A DNA stretch of 64,000 nucleotides, from positions 43,955-107,954 of the IMG/VR virus record IMGVR_UViG_3300012344_000001; one strand, written 5' to 3'. Positions 46,077-55,633 of this stretch are shown one piece after another; the stretch's first letter is position 1, and the number at the start of each line of letters is the position of its first letter. The notes under the pieces were generated by a model. That model ran no database searches, was not told where the DNA came from, and saw nothing but the letters and a program-made list of their open reading frames with translations. The DNA is from a virus (Duplodnaviria; Caudoviricetes). The position numbers and the translations under genes were made by a program.

Positions 46077-49000
46077 GTGAACTTGGAAGTGACGATATCG
46101 TATTCTACAAGGCAATCGCAGTACGTTCCGGTTTGTTCAAAGCCGCTTTCAGTTTTTCGCCAGTTCGGTCGCTTTTGAAACTTCTTGCAATACAAGATGT
46201 CATCTGCCTTAAACTTGTGTTTGCCATAGAATTTTTTGTCCGCTTTGCACTCTATGGATTTTCCGGTCGCGATACAATACAGCGTAACGCGCGGCGTAAA
46301 TTTGGTATCTGCCGCCAACACATAGCAGAAGTTTTTCGGAAGTTCGGGCTGTGTGAACGACACATAGCCAAGATATTCGCGGTCGGCTTGTATGCGTTCT
46401 GCCAGCGGCAAATATTCGTCGGGCAAAGACGCTTCAAACGCTTTCAGTTCAGCGATTCGCGCTTCTTTCGTCTTGGCAACATACGTTTTCTTGTAGCGGT
46501 CGAAGAATTTGTCAACGATTGCCAACAGCTTCTTGTTTTTGCCAAATTCGCTAAAGAAGCCGATGGTGGTCAGCACCTTGATTTGGCGGGCGTCAACCGT
46601 GGTATTTTCGCGAAGATAGACAAGAAGGTCGGCGAACGTGGGAAAATCCATGAAGCGGATAGAATAAAGCTGGTCGGCGCAATCGGCAGAAATATATTTG
46701 ATGGAACCAATTCCTTTGTATATAGTTCTTGTGGATTCATCAAATGAATATTCCAGCTTCGCGGAACGAAATCTTCCCGGCTTTAGATTTATGCCAAAAT
46801 ATTTCAGTTCCTTCGTTAGCCTTGATGTCTTTTCTTGGTTTCCGTCGTAAATATTAAATACGACAGTGTAGTAATGAAGCGGATAGTTTTTCTTCAAATA
46901 CGCTCCATACAGACAATCAAGCGCCGTCGCGGCACCGTGGGGACTGTTAAACCCATAGTTCATTTGTGCCTGCATATCTGACCACATTTTATCAAATCCG
47001 TCGTCTGAACCAGTGTTTTTCTTCCAGTTTTCGCGTAGTCCTTGTTCGAGTTTTTTGAAATCTTCCGGCTTGATTTTTTTCTTTGAAATCTTCTTTATTA
47101 GACCAATAGATTCTGCCGGCGTTACGCCAAGAAACTCGAACATTGACATCAGGGATTCTTGGAAGATTACTCTGTGTCCAGTTGGTTCAAGAACTTTGTC
47201 TAACGCTTCTGAACCGGTGGTATGTGGCTTTCTCGCAATAAAATCATCTCGTTGTGGCGCAAAATTTGGTCGAATTGCACCAACAAACATCGCCAGTTCT
47301 TCCATGGAACGCGGCTTATATTTTCGCAACAATGCTGTCGCCCAATCTTCGCCAACTTGGTTCAAGGTGCAGGTAATTCCATCGTCAAAAAGTTTCCATG
47401 TATCTTCGTCGATATTTTCTAAAAGACGTTTTACGGGCATAATTGGCTTGCCGATTGATTTGAAAACTTTTGAAATAATGTCCCAAACGCTAACGATAAG
47501 ATAATCATTTTTAAGATATTTCCACGAATCGGCTTCAGAAGATGTTATCATTGCGCACAAGAAATCACCAAGTTTTACAACACCAACCTCTTCTTCGATA
47601 TCGCAATTCATCAAAAGATGGGCGCATGGATGCACAGACGCGCTTACAATCGTACCGACATACTTTTGCGATTCACTAATATAAGCGCCCCATTTTTTGT
47701 CGTCGCGATATGCATCAATATCCTTAGACACTTCATTTACTTCGCCATATGGTTCACCAGCAGAACGACACACATTCCTAAACGCTTCACTTTCTCCCAT
47801 AGTACCATACGCCAACATTGGGAAACATCCGTCTTCGCCAAGAAGTTCGCGACTTGCCTTCACAAAAGGTTCTTGACCGACAACGTTAGCATCGAAATCT
47901 GGAAGCGCGTGGTTTTCCAGCAGTCGTGCGGTCGACATAAACCTTTCGCCGTACATCGGAAGCGTTGTTCTAAGACGATCAATTTGTGTCAAGCCAAGGA
48001 TTTTATTCAGAATGAACGCACCACACGAATTATGAACAACAATATTATTTATTGTGTAACTATGACAACCATCTACTTCCATGTCGTATACCGTGGTCGT
48101 CATGTTCTTGTGGATTTCGACAGATGTAACCGGCAAATACCAATATTCATCATCTTCTACTAATTTATTTATATTTCGATGATAACCGCCATTTAAGGTT
48201 CTTAACTTATAAGATTCGGCGTTTTTATACCCACGAACATCGTCGTATGCAAGCCGCACATCTAAAGATACAGGAGAAGAACCGTCTACAATATCATGAA
48301 GCGTTTTGTAGGTTCCACAAAGCGATAGCGACGTAGTATCGTAGCAGACCTTATTATATTCTTTCCCACTGCTACCATCGGCTTTCATCATTCCAATATA
48401 AATCCATTTAAGAAGTTCTTTCTTTTGATTCAACAAGTCCTTATTAAATGTTTTTTGTTTCCCTTTTTTCGACTTGAAGAATTCGGTTGAAAACCACGCG
48501 TTCAATATTCCGCTAAACATTGTCATTTGAATAAGGTTTTTGTTTTTAGCATAATTGTAATATATTGGAATTCCTATTCTTTGCGAAATCTTCTCAAACA
48601 CATACCTATTGAATCCATTTTTTGTTGTGTTATTTATGGCAAGTCCTATACCGTTGCTTCTTTGTGTCCATCCGTCTGCATACATAAGTCCGACAAAGGC
48701 ATTCCACATATAGTCCATAGAAATATACCTTGGTATACGTCTTCTTATAAATCCATGTTTCTTACAGTATTTAGAATAGTCTTCCATTGTCTTAAATGGA
48801 ATATTGTCAAACATATCAGCCAATGATTTTTTCGTTTTGCCGTTCGTTCCGATTTTTCCATTCACAACACTTAATGCAAATGCCTTGCTTGTAATACCAG
48901 CACGACCCAACTCGCTTGGGCTATATGGATATTTCGCTGGGGTTGGAACAACTTCGTAAATATAATTTTCATCGAATTCATATCCGAAAACATTATATTT

Positions 49001-50434
49001 ATTTAGGTCATATACGATTTCTTCATCGTATTCGTGTTTTAATTTTGGACAACAAAGCAAGCTTCCAACAGACAGTTCGTCTGCACAAACGTATTTTCTA
49101 CACCCATCTTTATAGACAAGTATTTTGTGGTCGGTGGTACAAATATTTTTATATTTTTTGTAACTACTTCCTTGGCACCTATATGTAAATTCAATCATGT
49201 CTTCGCATATATCATACGACATGGTTTTATTTACCCTGTGCCACATTCTATCTTCCGAAAGAACTTCGTCCCCAACAACCACAGAGTCTATTGTCTTCAT
49301 TGCGTTTGGTGTTCTTATAAGCGCATCTTTTGTAAAACACCCGCGGCCCGTGCGAGTCAAGACGCCACCATATTTGTTTATAGCCAAGTCGAACAGCTTG
49401 TCGTTGAGAAGAAAATAATCAGACGTGTGGACTTCGCTTGTTTCTTCAATAACCTGCATTTCCTTTCGACATTCGGCGGCATACTTTTTTCTTTCTTCTG
49501 GCGTCACTTCATCTTCTTCCATGACCTTGTTAAATTTTTTATTTACAATATCCTTCAGAATAACGATTTTTTCTTCTTCCGTCTTGCCTGCGTATATGGT
49601 TGGCATCTTGATTGTTCTGTCAATGTTGATGTTTTCGCAGGCGTCGAACGCAAGCGTGTTATTTATTGCAGAAACAATCTGCGGTCTTGTCAACACGCCC
49701 TGTTTTTCAAATCGCGAATACATAACATCAATAGTGGGATAATCAAGAATAAACGAATCTTCTTCGCCGTAATTTATGCCTTTGCCTTTTAGAAATTCAA
49801 GCCGTTCCTTGGCTTGTTCTGGATAAATATAATGACTGTCATTTGCTGCAATTATATCCAACCCATGTTCTTTTGCGAAGGAAATCGCCTTCTTGTTTAT
49901 TTCAATCTGATGTTCTTCGTTATGGTTTTGGACTTCAAGGAAAATATTTTTGCCAAACTTTTCCACCAATGGAAGAAGAATTTGATTGGTGGCGTCTTCG
50001 TCGCGAAGCAACCCCGCCATACATGCCGAAGTAATAAACAGTTCGTCATCATCAAAATTATCCGTTAAATCAGATAAAAACAGGCGCGGCTTATAATAAT
50101 ACCCGTCCCTGTTTGCGTGGCTACTTGCTTTATTAAGTTTCTTTCGTGCCACATTTGTCTTGGGAATTAAGATGATATGATAATTTCTATTGTCTTTTTC
50201 AAGCGGGTTTGGTACTATATAGCCTTCCATACCGAATTTACAGTCAAGCCCATACTTGTCACAGACTTCACGCGCTTCGAAGATATCACCACCGCTTCCA
50301 TGCTCGGTGCTAAATATATTTTTTTCACCAAGTTCAATGGCGCGCTTGGCATAATCTTCGATTTTAACATTAACATCTGGTGTAAAAATATTTGAAACGT
50401 GTGTATGTTTGTGATAATTGTTATACCTATCCAA
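46073..50434 (-). CDS. dnaE: DNA polymerase III alpha subunit with intein
   Basis: PHP motifs HKHT, TEHG, NDSHY; GRG|S; PDFD; KNDYL; YGFNSPH. Confidence 0.92.
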   Translation of the reverse strand: MDRYNNYHKHTHVSNIFTPDVNVKIEDYAKRAIELGEKNIFSTEHGSGGDIFEAREVCDKYGLDCKFGMEGYIVPNPLEKDNRNYHIILIPKTNVARKKLNKASSHANRDGYYYKPRLFLSDLTDNFDDDELFITSACMAGLLRDEDATNQILLPLVEKFGKNIFLEVQNHNEEHQIEINKKAISFAKEHGLDIIAANDSHYIYPEQAKERLEFLKGKGINYGEEDSFILDYPTIDVMYSRFEKQGVLTRPQIVSAINNTLAFDACENINIDRTIKMPTIYAGKTEEEKIVILKDIVNKKFNKVMEEDEVTPEERKKYAAECRKEMQVIEETSEVHTSDYFLLNDKLFDLAINKYGGVLTRTGRGCFTKDALIRTPNAMKTIDSVVVGDEVLSEDRMWHRVNKTMSYDICEDMIEFTYRCQGSSYKKYKNICTTDHKILVYKDGCRKYVCADELSVGSLLCCPKLKHEYDEEIVYDLNKYNVFGYEFDENYIYEVVPTPAKYPYSPSELGRAGITSKAFALSVVNGKIGTNGKTKKSLADMFDNIPFKTMEDYSKYCKKHGFIRRRIPRYISMDYMWNAFVGLMYADGWTQRSNGIGLAINNTTKNGFNRYVFEKISQRIGIPIYYNYAKNKNLIQMTMFSGILNAWFSTEFFKSKKGKQKTFNKDLLNQKKELLKWIYIGMMKADGSSGKEYNKVCYDTTSLSLCGTYKTLHDIVDGSSPVSLDVRLAYDDVRGYKNAESYKLRTLNGGYHRNINKLVEDDEYWYLPVTSVEIHKNMTTTVYDMEVDGCHSYTINNIVVHNSCGAFILNKILGLTQIDRLRTTLPMYGERFMSTARLLENHALPDFDANVVGQEPFVKASRELLGEDGCFPMLAYGTMGESEAFRNVCRSAGEPYGEVNEVSKDIDAYRDDKKWGAYISESQKYVGTIVSASVHPCAHLLMNCDIEEEVGVVKLGDFLCAMITSSEADSWKYLKNDYLIVSVWDIISKVFKSIGKPIMPVKRLLENIDEDTWKLFDDGITCTLNQVGEDWATALLRKYKPRSMEELAMFVGAIRPNFAPQRDDFIARKPHTTGSEALDKVLEPTGHRVIFQESLMSMFEFLGVTPAESIGLIKKISKKKIKPEDFKKLEQGLRENWKKNTGSDDGFDKMWSDMQAQMNYGFNSPHGAATALDCLYGAYLKKNYPLHYYTVVFNIYDGNQEKTSRLTKELKYFGINLKPGRFRSAKLEYSFDESTRTIYKGIGSIKYISADCADQLYSIRFMDFPTFADLLVYLRENTTVDARQIKVLTTIGFFSEFGKNKKLLAIVDKFFDRYKKTYVAKTKEARIAELKAFEASLPDEYLPLAERIQADREYLGYVSFTQPELPKNFCYVLAADTKFTPRVTLYCIATGKSIECKADKKFYGKHKFKADDILYCKKFQKRPNWRKTESGFEQTGTYCDCLVEYDIVTSKFT
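48029..49339 (-). mobile_element. Intein with LAGLIDADG homing endonuclease in DnaE (437 aa)
   Basis: GRG|CFTKDA...TTDH...VGLMYADG...IGMMKADG...VVHN|SCG. Confidence 0.9.
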
Positions 50435-50439
50435 TCATA

Positions 50440-50646
50440 TCACACCACCTTCGCCTGTTTTGGAATAAGTTCAAATTGACCGACATCCATACCGTATATC
50501 CATTCAAGTCTTGTGTCATCCTTGCTAATAGACGCAACATTTATTCGTCCACTTTCTTGTTCCGTTATATCGCACACAAAGAATTTGACGTGGTAACTTG
50601 GCTTGGATTTGTCTTTTCCCCACACAATTTGTCCAAGCTTAAACAT
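50440..50646 (-). CDS. SH3-like small protein, tail AKVV
   Basis: FKLGQIVWG..YHVK. Confidence 0.7.
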   Translation of the reverse strand: MFKLGQIVWGKDKSKPSYHVKFFVCDITEQESGRINVASISKDDTRLEWIYGMDVGQFELIPKQAKVV

Positions 50647-50648
50647 GG

Positions 50649-50825
50649 CTACACCACCTTCGCGGTTTTCTTCTTCACAGGATAAGCCCATATTTTCGTC
50701 GCGTTAGCCCACCAGTCTTGTTCGCTGTAAATTTGATACGCCGACGGAATCCAGTTGGCGGTCGTATTGTTATATTCCGTTCGTGCATAGTCGGTTGCTA
50801 TAATATAATAATCAATTTTCGCCAT
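50649..50825 (-). CDS. Small protein, tail AKVV
   Basis: MAKIDYY...KKTAKVV. Confidence 0.6.
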   Translation of the reverse strand: MAKIDYYIIATDYARTEYNNTTANWIPSAYQIYSEQDWWANATKIWAYPVKKKTAKVV

Positions 50826-51273
50826 CTTTGACCGCCGTTTCTTCGTCCATAAAATCTTCCGCCACACCATCGCGCGGTTCGACTTCACCCTTAATTCGCG
50901 CAAGAAGATATTCCAAATCTTCGATAGATGCTTCATAGAAACTGATGTCCCAAATCCAATAATCAGAAAATTGTGGAGCCTTAAATTTTAGCGCATACTT
51001 ATCGCACCACAGCCTATCCCAAAGTGCCTGTCTGCCTTCGCCAGGTTTCGCCAGCATATCCATGATTTCATGCACCAGTTTTCCGCGTACCTTGCCCTTA
51101 TTGTCGTCGTCCCGCGACACATAATCACGCGCATTCTGCGACGTGCGTACAAACATCGGCTTGCCGCGATAATACAGCATATCACCAACAAGGTCAAGCG
51201 ACTTTCCATAAGGAATGTTTACATCGCCAGAAATAGACTTAATTCGCATCCTACGATTTGTAATATATCTCAT
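50812..51273 (-). CDS. Hypothetical protein
   Basis: MRYITNRR..VNIPYG. Confidence 0.6.
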   Translation of the reverse strand: MRYITNRRMRIKSISGDVNIPYGKSLDLVGDMLYYRGKPMFVRTSQNARDYVSRDDDNKGKVRGKLVHEIMDMLAKPGEGRQALWDRLWCDKYALKFKAPQFSDYWIWDISFYEASIEDLEYLLARIKGEVEPRDGVAEDFMDEETAVKDGEN

Positions 51274-51446
51274 TATTTCCCCAGCCTTTCCCCGCAGAAC
51301 GGGCAATAATTTATATAGATTCTGTCATAGACGAAGTCGTCTTCGTAGATGTCCCATTCGCCAGTTTCGTGGTCAAGATACCATTCACCGACCGCATCTT
51401 GAAAAATCGTGCAATCGTTTGAACCATAGTCGCAGTATTTACACAT
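51273..51446 (-). CDS. Small zinc-ribbon protein
   Basis: MCKYC...INYCPFCGERL; below ORF-track cutoff. Confidence 0.6.
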   Translation of the reverse strand: MCKYCDYGSNDCTIFQDAVGEWYLDHETGEWDIYEDDFVYDRIYINYCPFCGERLGK

Positions 51447-51685
51447 TATATAACCGCCGCCTTTCGATAACGCGCAATAATTTCACGCGCCGTTTCTTCG
51501 TCTTTGTCTGTAAGCATAAGTTCATCGCTATTTGGTAAATCAATTATTCTTTTTGCGACTTCCACGACTTCTTGGCTTGTTGGTTCGACATCGCAATCGC
51601 CATATTTATTCAGCGGACATTCGTCGCACGAATCATAGCGCGAACAAATAAATTCGTTCAGCAGAAAATATTCTTTGTCATTCAA
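51446..51685 (-). CDS. Cys-rich small protein, tail AAVI
   Basis: ICSRYDSCDECPL. Confidence 0.7.
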   Translation of the reverse strand: MNDKEYFLLNEFICSRYDSCDECPLNKYGDCDVEPTSQEVVEVAKRIIDLPNSDELMLTDKDEETAREIIARYRKAAVI

Positions 51686-51897
51686 ACAACCACCGCCTTC
51701 ATATAGCGCGACAAAATTTCCATTGTCTGCAATCCCGCAACGCCAGATTTGCGGTATACAATCAGTGCATACTTCACAAGTTCCTTATCTGGCGTTTCCG
51801 TGTTACAGGGGACCCAAGCATCAATAGGGCAAGTGCCGCACGCACCAAAATTTCCGCAAATATACCTGTGTAAGATTTCGCGTTCATTTGCCGTCAT
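51682..51897 (-). CDS. Cys-rich small protein, tail AVVV
   Basis: ICGNFGACGTCPI. Confidence 0.7.
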   Translation of the reverse strand: MTANEREILHRYICGNFGACGTCPIDAWVPCNTETPDKELVKYALIVYRKSGVAGLQTMEILSRYMKAVVV

Positions 51898-51926
51898 AAT
51901 ATCACCCCTGAAATTATCATAACAAA

Positions 51927-52805
51927 TCAGACGCAATTTGTCAAGTAATAGTGGCAGAACGGCGCCGCCTTGCAATAGTTCATACACTTACGACTTTCAC
52001 CCTTGCGCTCTTCGATATAGCAACCTTTCGCGTCATTCAGTTCCATCCACGTTTCAGCTTCTTCGCGTGACGGCAAAACGCGCAACGCAGATTTCCGCCC
52101 GTCCTTTTTGACGGCGTAGGTCGTTGGTGTTTCCCAGCGGTTTTCAGCAGAACACGGCGGCAATTCGTCGTCAGGGGTATCTTTCAGCGCGTTGATTTCA
52201 CGCAGTTTTGCGCGCACGGCTTCTTCTGTCTGCGCGATATCTTCGTCTGTGAAATAGTAGTCAATTACACGAATAGGAGACTGCGGATAAGACTTGTCAA
52301 ACTTCGCCTTGGACATGGAATGGTCGCGGAAGAACTGGATAATCTGCGCATGACGACAGCGAATATTCAACACCAACTGGAACAACAATAGGTATATTGA
52401 AAGTTGCGCACGATATTTTCCGCCGTCACCATAGATTGCCGTCCATGTAGACGTACATTTGTAATCGCGTAAGACTTCGTTTCCTTCTGTTGCGTCAAAA
52501 CTATCAAACTTACCAGAAATTGCACCTTCGGGGAATTCATAGAAAAGGCGCTCTTCACGAATTTCATTTTCATCTTCTTTGGCGCGTTCCAATACTTCGT
52601 GCAAAGCGGAACCAAGAAGAGCGTAAAGTGATTCGCTTGCGTCTTCTTCGATTTCAGCGGCGTGACGGTTTGTTAAAATGATTTCACACGGGTCTTTGGT
52701 CAGAGTCGTAGCAGAATAAGTATTTTCTATGCGCCCATCATAAGTATCGTTGCAAACCGCGTTGTATATTGCAGGCGGAAGATTTAATTTGTTTGTAATC
52801 TTCAT
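51927..52805 (-). CDS. PD-(D/E)xK Cas4-like exonuclease
   Basis: GSALH, EERL, SGKFD, DYK, QLSIY, C-terminal C..YC...PFC. Confidence 0.8.
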   Translation of the reverse strand: MKITNKLNLPPAIYNAVCNDTYDGRIENTYSATTLTKDPCEIILTNRHAAEIEEDASESLYALLGSALHEVLERAKEDENEIREERLFYEFPEGAISGKFDSFDATEGNEVLRDYKCTSTWTAIYGDGGKYRAQLSIYLLLFQLVLNIRCRHAQIIQFFRDHSMSKAKFDKSYPQSPIRVIDYYFTDEDIAQTEEAVRAKLREINALKDTPDDELPPCSAENRWETPTTYAVKKDGRKSALRVLPSREEAETWMELNDAKGCYIEERKGESRKCMNYCKAAPFCHYYLTNCV

Positions 52806-53290
52806 GCGCGATACGTCCTTCGCCAAAAATTCTTCATTTTGAAATATGGATTGTTCGTCACATCTTTCGCTTCGCCAAAAGGCCAGACATAAGACTTTGC
52901 TTCTTCTTCGTTGTCGAATTCGACTTCGGCATAGTAGAAGTCTTCGTTTAGCCCGCCGTCGCAATGACAAATTTCAACCCTGTGCCCATCCACATTATAA
53001 ATACGATAATACTTGTGGAATGTCGGCAAGTGGAAAGAATCCAGCAGTTCATGGTAGGTTTTTTCGCTGATATAGTTGTTGACTTCCGCGCGCGTAAGAC
53101 CACCATCGCCCTTAATGGTCATAAGATAATCGACCTTGCCTTCCCATTTGCCAGTCAAGATTTCCATGCGTCGGATACGCACCTCTGGTGTTCCAGACAC
53201 GACATAGCTTCCTTCAACAGAAATTTCGCAATCGGGCTTCGCATCAGGGAAGCCATCTACAAGGAACTTGCGTTCAATTTCTAAAGCCAT
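52802..53290 (-). CDS. CYTH-domain protein
   Basis: EIERKFLV, VRIR, TIKG, AEVEF. Confidence 0.85.
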   Translation of the reverse strand: MALEIERKFLVDGFPDAKPDCEISVEGSYVVSGTPEVRIRRMEILTGKWEGKVDYLMTIKGDGGLTRAEVNNYISEKTYHELLDSFHLPTFHKYYRIYNVDGHRVEICHCDGGLNEDFYYAEVEFDNEEEAKSYVWPFGEAKDVTNNPYFKMKNFWRRTYRA

Positions 53291-53644
53291 CAGTATTTCC
53301 TTTCCACGGTTGTCACGCCGTCAATATGTCCAACCTTAATAAATCCTTCCGGTTCGTCAAGGTCGATTGAATAATCATAGTTAATTTTCTGAAATTTGTC
53401 GCCATCAACAAACCAAAGGTCGCCAAAACACGGATTCAGGTAAACATCACCGTTATTATACATTAAATCAACCCCTTTGAAATAGCATCAAGCATGGACA
53501 CGATGAACAAAATCATCATAAAAACGATAAGCGCCCAGCCAAGATAGTTCCAGTCTTTCTGCTGGATGAAATACACAATGCACGACGCATCCATCAGCAT
53601 GAATATCGCGCAGACCACAAACAACGCACCGACAAAACTCATAA

Positions 53645-54586
53645 TTATTCCACCTTTCTTTTTTTGTTATATAGTTCCATCCACCTGTCATATCCCATAT
53701 CTACCGGTGCATTTTTTGGCGCAACACCACGCATCGGAATACGCCAGACGGACTTATAATGTTTCAATATTTCACTTTGCTTGTAGATTTCTTCGACCGC
53801 CACATCTTCGTCGTAGGCAAAGATTAACGTGTTGAACGGGCATTTCACCAAAAGCGGGATTTCATCCTTCAACCCGTGCGAACCAACGGCTACGGCATTG
53901 TGGATTCCCCAGCTTTCAAGTTTCAGCGCGGACTTTTCGCTTTCCACTACGATACATTCGTTTAAACCGACGATTGCATCGCGCGCGTTCACATAGTTAA
54001 ACAAAAAGTCCTTTCGCCCAAGTTTGTTGACGTATGAATACTTCGGTTTCGCCACCAGATTGCGATATTTAATCGTCACCAGCCGATTGTCCGCGTCATA
54101 AATCGGGAACATAATTCGCGTCTTGTCCGCGTTATAACGCACGTCATAGCGCGTCAAGACGTCTTGTGTGATGCCTTCTGCCAACCATTCTTTGATTTCG
54201 TGTGACGGCGGGAAGGCGTCCATTGCATCTGCCAAAAGAAAAAGGCGCTGTTCAAACGCCCTTTCCTTCGGGCGGAATACACTTGCAACCTTGATGAAAC
54301 ACGGCGTTTCGATAATTTCAGAACCCGTTTCCATTTCAAGGATTTGCACGGCTTCACGAAACGGCACGTTGTGATACTTTTGAATAAACGACAAGATATC
54401 GCCAGACGAACCACACGAAAAACAGTTGAACATCTGCTTTTCACGATTCACAAAAAACGACGGGTTGTCGTCGCGGTGGAATGGGCATGAACAGTAGAAT
54501 TCGACGCCGTTGCGCGTCTGCAAATCTGCATAACGCCCGATATAATCAACAATATCCAGCTTGTCGCGAATCTTTTTAACGTCCAT
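53645..54586 (-). CDS. dnaG: DNA primase (CHC2 zinc finger + Toprim)
   Basis: CPFHRDDNPSF..CFSC; IMFPI; VESEKS; AYDED. Confidence 0.85.
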   Translation of the reverse strand: MDVKKIRDKLDIVDYIGRYADLQTRNGVEFYCSCPFHRDDNPSFFVNREKQMFNCFSCGSSGDILSFIQKYHNVPFREAVQILEMETGSEIIETPCFIKVASVFRPKERAFEQRLFLLADAMDAFPPSHEIKEWLAEGITQDVLTRYDVRYNADKTRIMFPIYDADNRLVTIKYRNLVAKPKYSYVNKLGRKDFLFNYVNARDAIVGLNECIVVESEKSALKLESWGIHNAVAVGSHGLKDEIPLLVKCPFNTLIFAYDEDVAVEEIYKQSEILKHYKSVWRIPMRGVAPKNAPVDMGYDRWMELYNKKRKVE

Positions 54587-54915
54587 GCCCACACCACCTT
54601 TCATTGTATTATATCACATTTTTACACGCTTGTCAACAGGTTATGTCTTTTATGCCCTTTTCGTTATACGACGCATACTTGGTCGGCGTGTCAACGAACT
54701 TGCGTTTGCCGCATCGCAAACATTCATATTCCACAGTGCAAACAGACAACGCGTTCTTAGACGGGCGATAACCCACGCGCTTCCAGTCGTGCAGTCCAAT
54801 CGCGCAAGGGTCTTGTGTGGAACCAGTCCCGTTACAAGTCACATCCATATTGCTGCAACTGCAATATGCCACCCACGGCGCGTTCACACGACCACAGCGC
54901 GGACAAATCCAGCCT

Positions 54916-55197
54916 TCACTTTGCATGGTCACAGTCCTCGCAGTCGCAGTCGTCGTCAAGGTATGCCGCCAGTCGTTCAGCAAGACAATCAAGATACATA
55001 GACATAGCGTCAGCCTGCGTTTCAAGAATGTCGATGTCGCAGTCAAGCGGGTACTCAAGCTGGTGCGTGTTGAACAGCTTGATGGTATCGTACAGCTTGG
55101 CAAGGCGGTACTGAAGCTGCTGATATTCGGCGGCAAGACGCTTAACGTGGTCGTCAGACAGCATGAATTCTACGGTTTCCTTCAGATTTTCAATCAT
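54916..55197 (-). CDS. Conserved phage protein
   Basis: RLAAEYQQL..R..KL..Q...M..Y...L..R pattern. Confidence 0.6.
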   Translation of the reverse strand: MIENLKETVEFMLSDDHVKRLAAEYQQLQYRLAKLYDTIKLFNTHQLEYPLDCDIDILETQADAMSMYLDCLAERLAAYLDDDCDCEDCDHAK

Positions 55198-55633
55198 ATT
55201 ATTTATCCTTTCTTATCACTTTTTATAAACACCAGAAGCTTTCTGTCGTTCATCAATTAAATTTCGAATCTCCACGAGACAATCCTTGCAGCATTCATAT
55301 TCGTTTTTAGTGTTGGCGGCGTAGTACACCGCGACGCTCATACACGTATGGGGGATTTCCTTCCCGCAAATGTCACAATAATATTTCGTCATAAATTCAC
55401 TTCACGCCCACAGGTCGTAGAAGTAGGCTTCCAGCGCGTCCTTGCAATCTTCAACGGTGTCGCACTCGTCAAAGATTTCGTCAATCTTGTCGCGCAGGTC
55501 ACGGGCAAGCTTGGCGGGGACGCCATACAGTTCGTTGAACTCGTCAAGAATCCAACTGGCATTAGTGTCGGGGTCGGGATAAAGACCACCGGTGATGATA
55601 GTGTAAACCTTCGTGACGTTCTTGTTAATCTTC

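Noticed and set aside
18796-51897. AKVV-type tails explained purely as a by-product of an overlapping SD (AAGGTGGTG) or as a DNA cassette recombination site
   Set aside because: The frame is fixed relative to the stop, codons vary, and the motif persists before terminators, promoters or separate SDs (21321, 23318, 24739, 25341, 25996, 36789). SD overlap probably contributes but is not sufficient.
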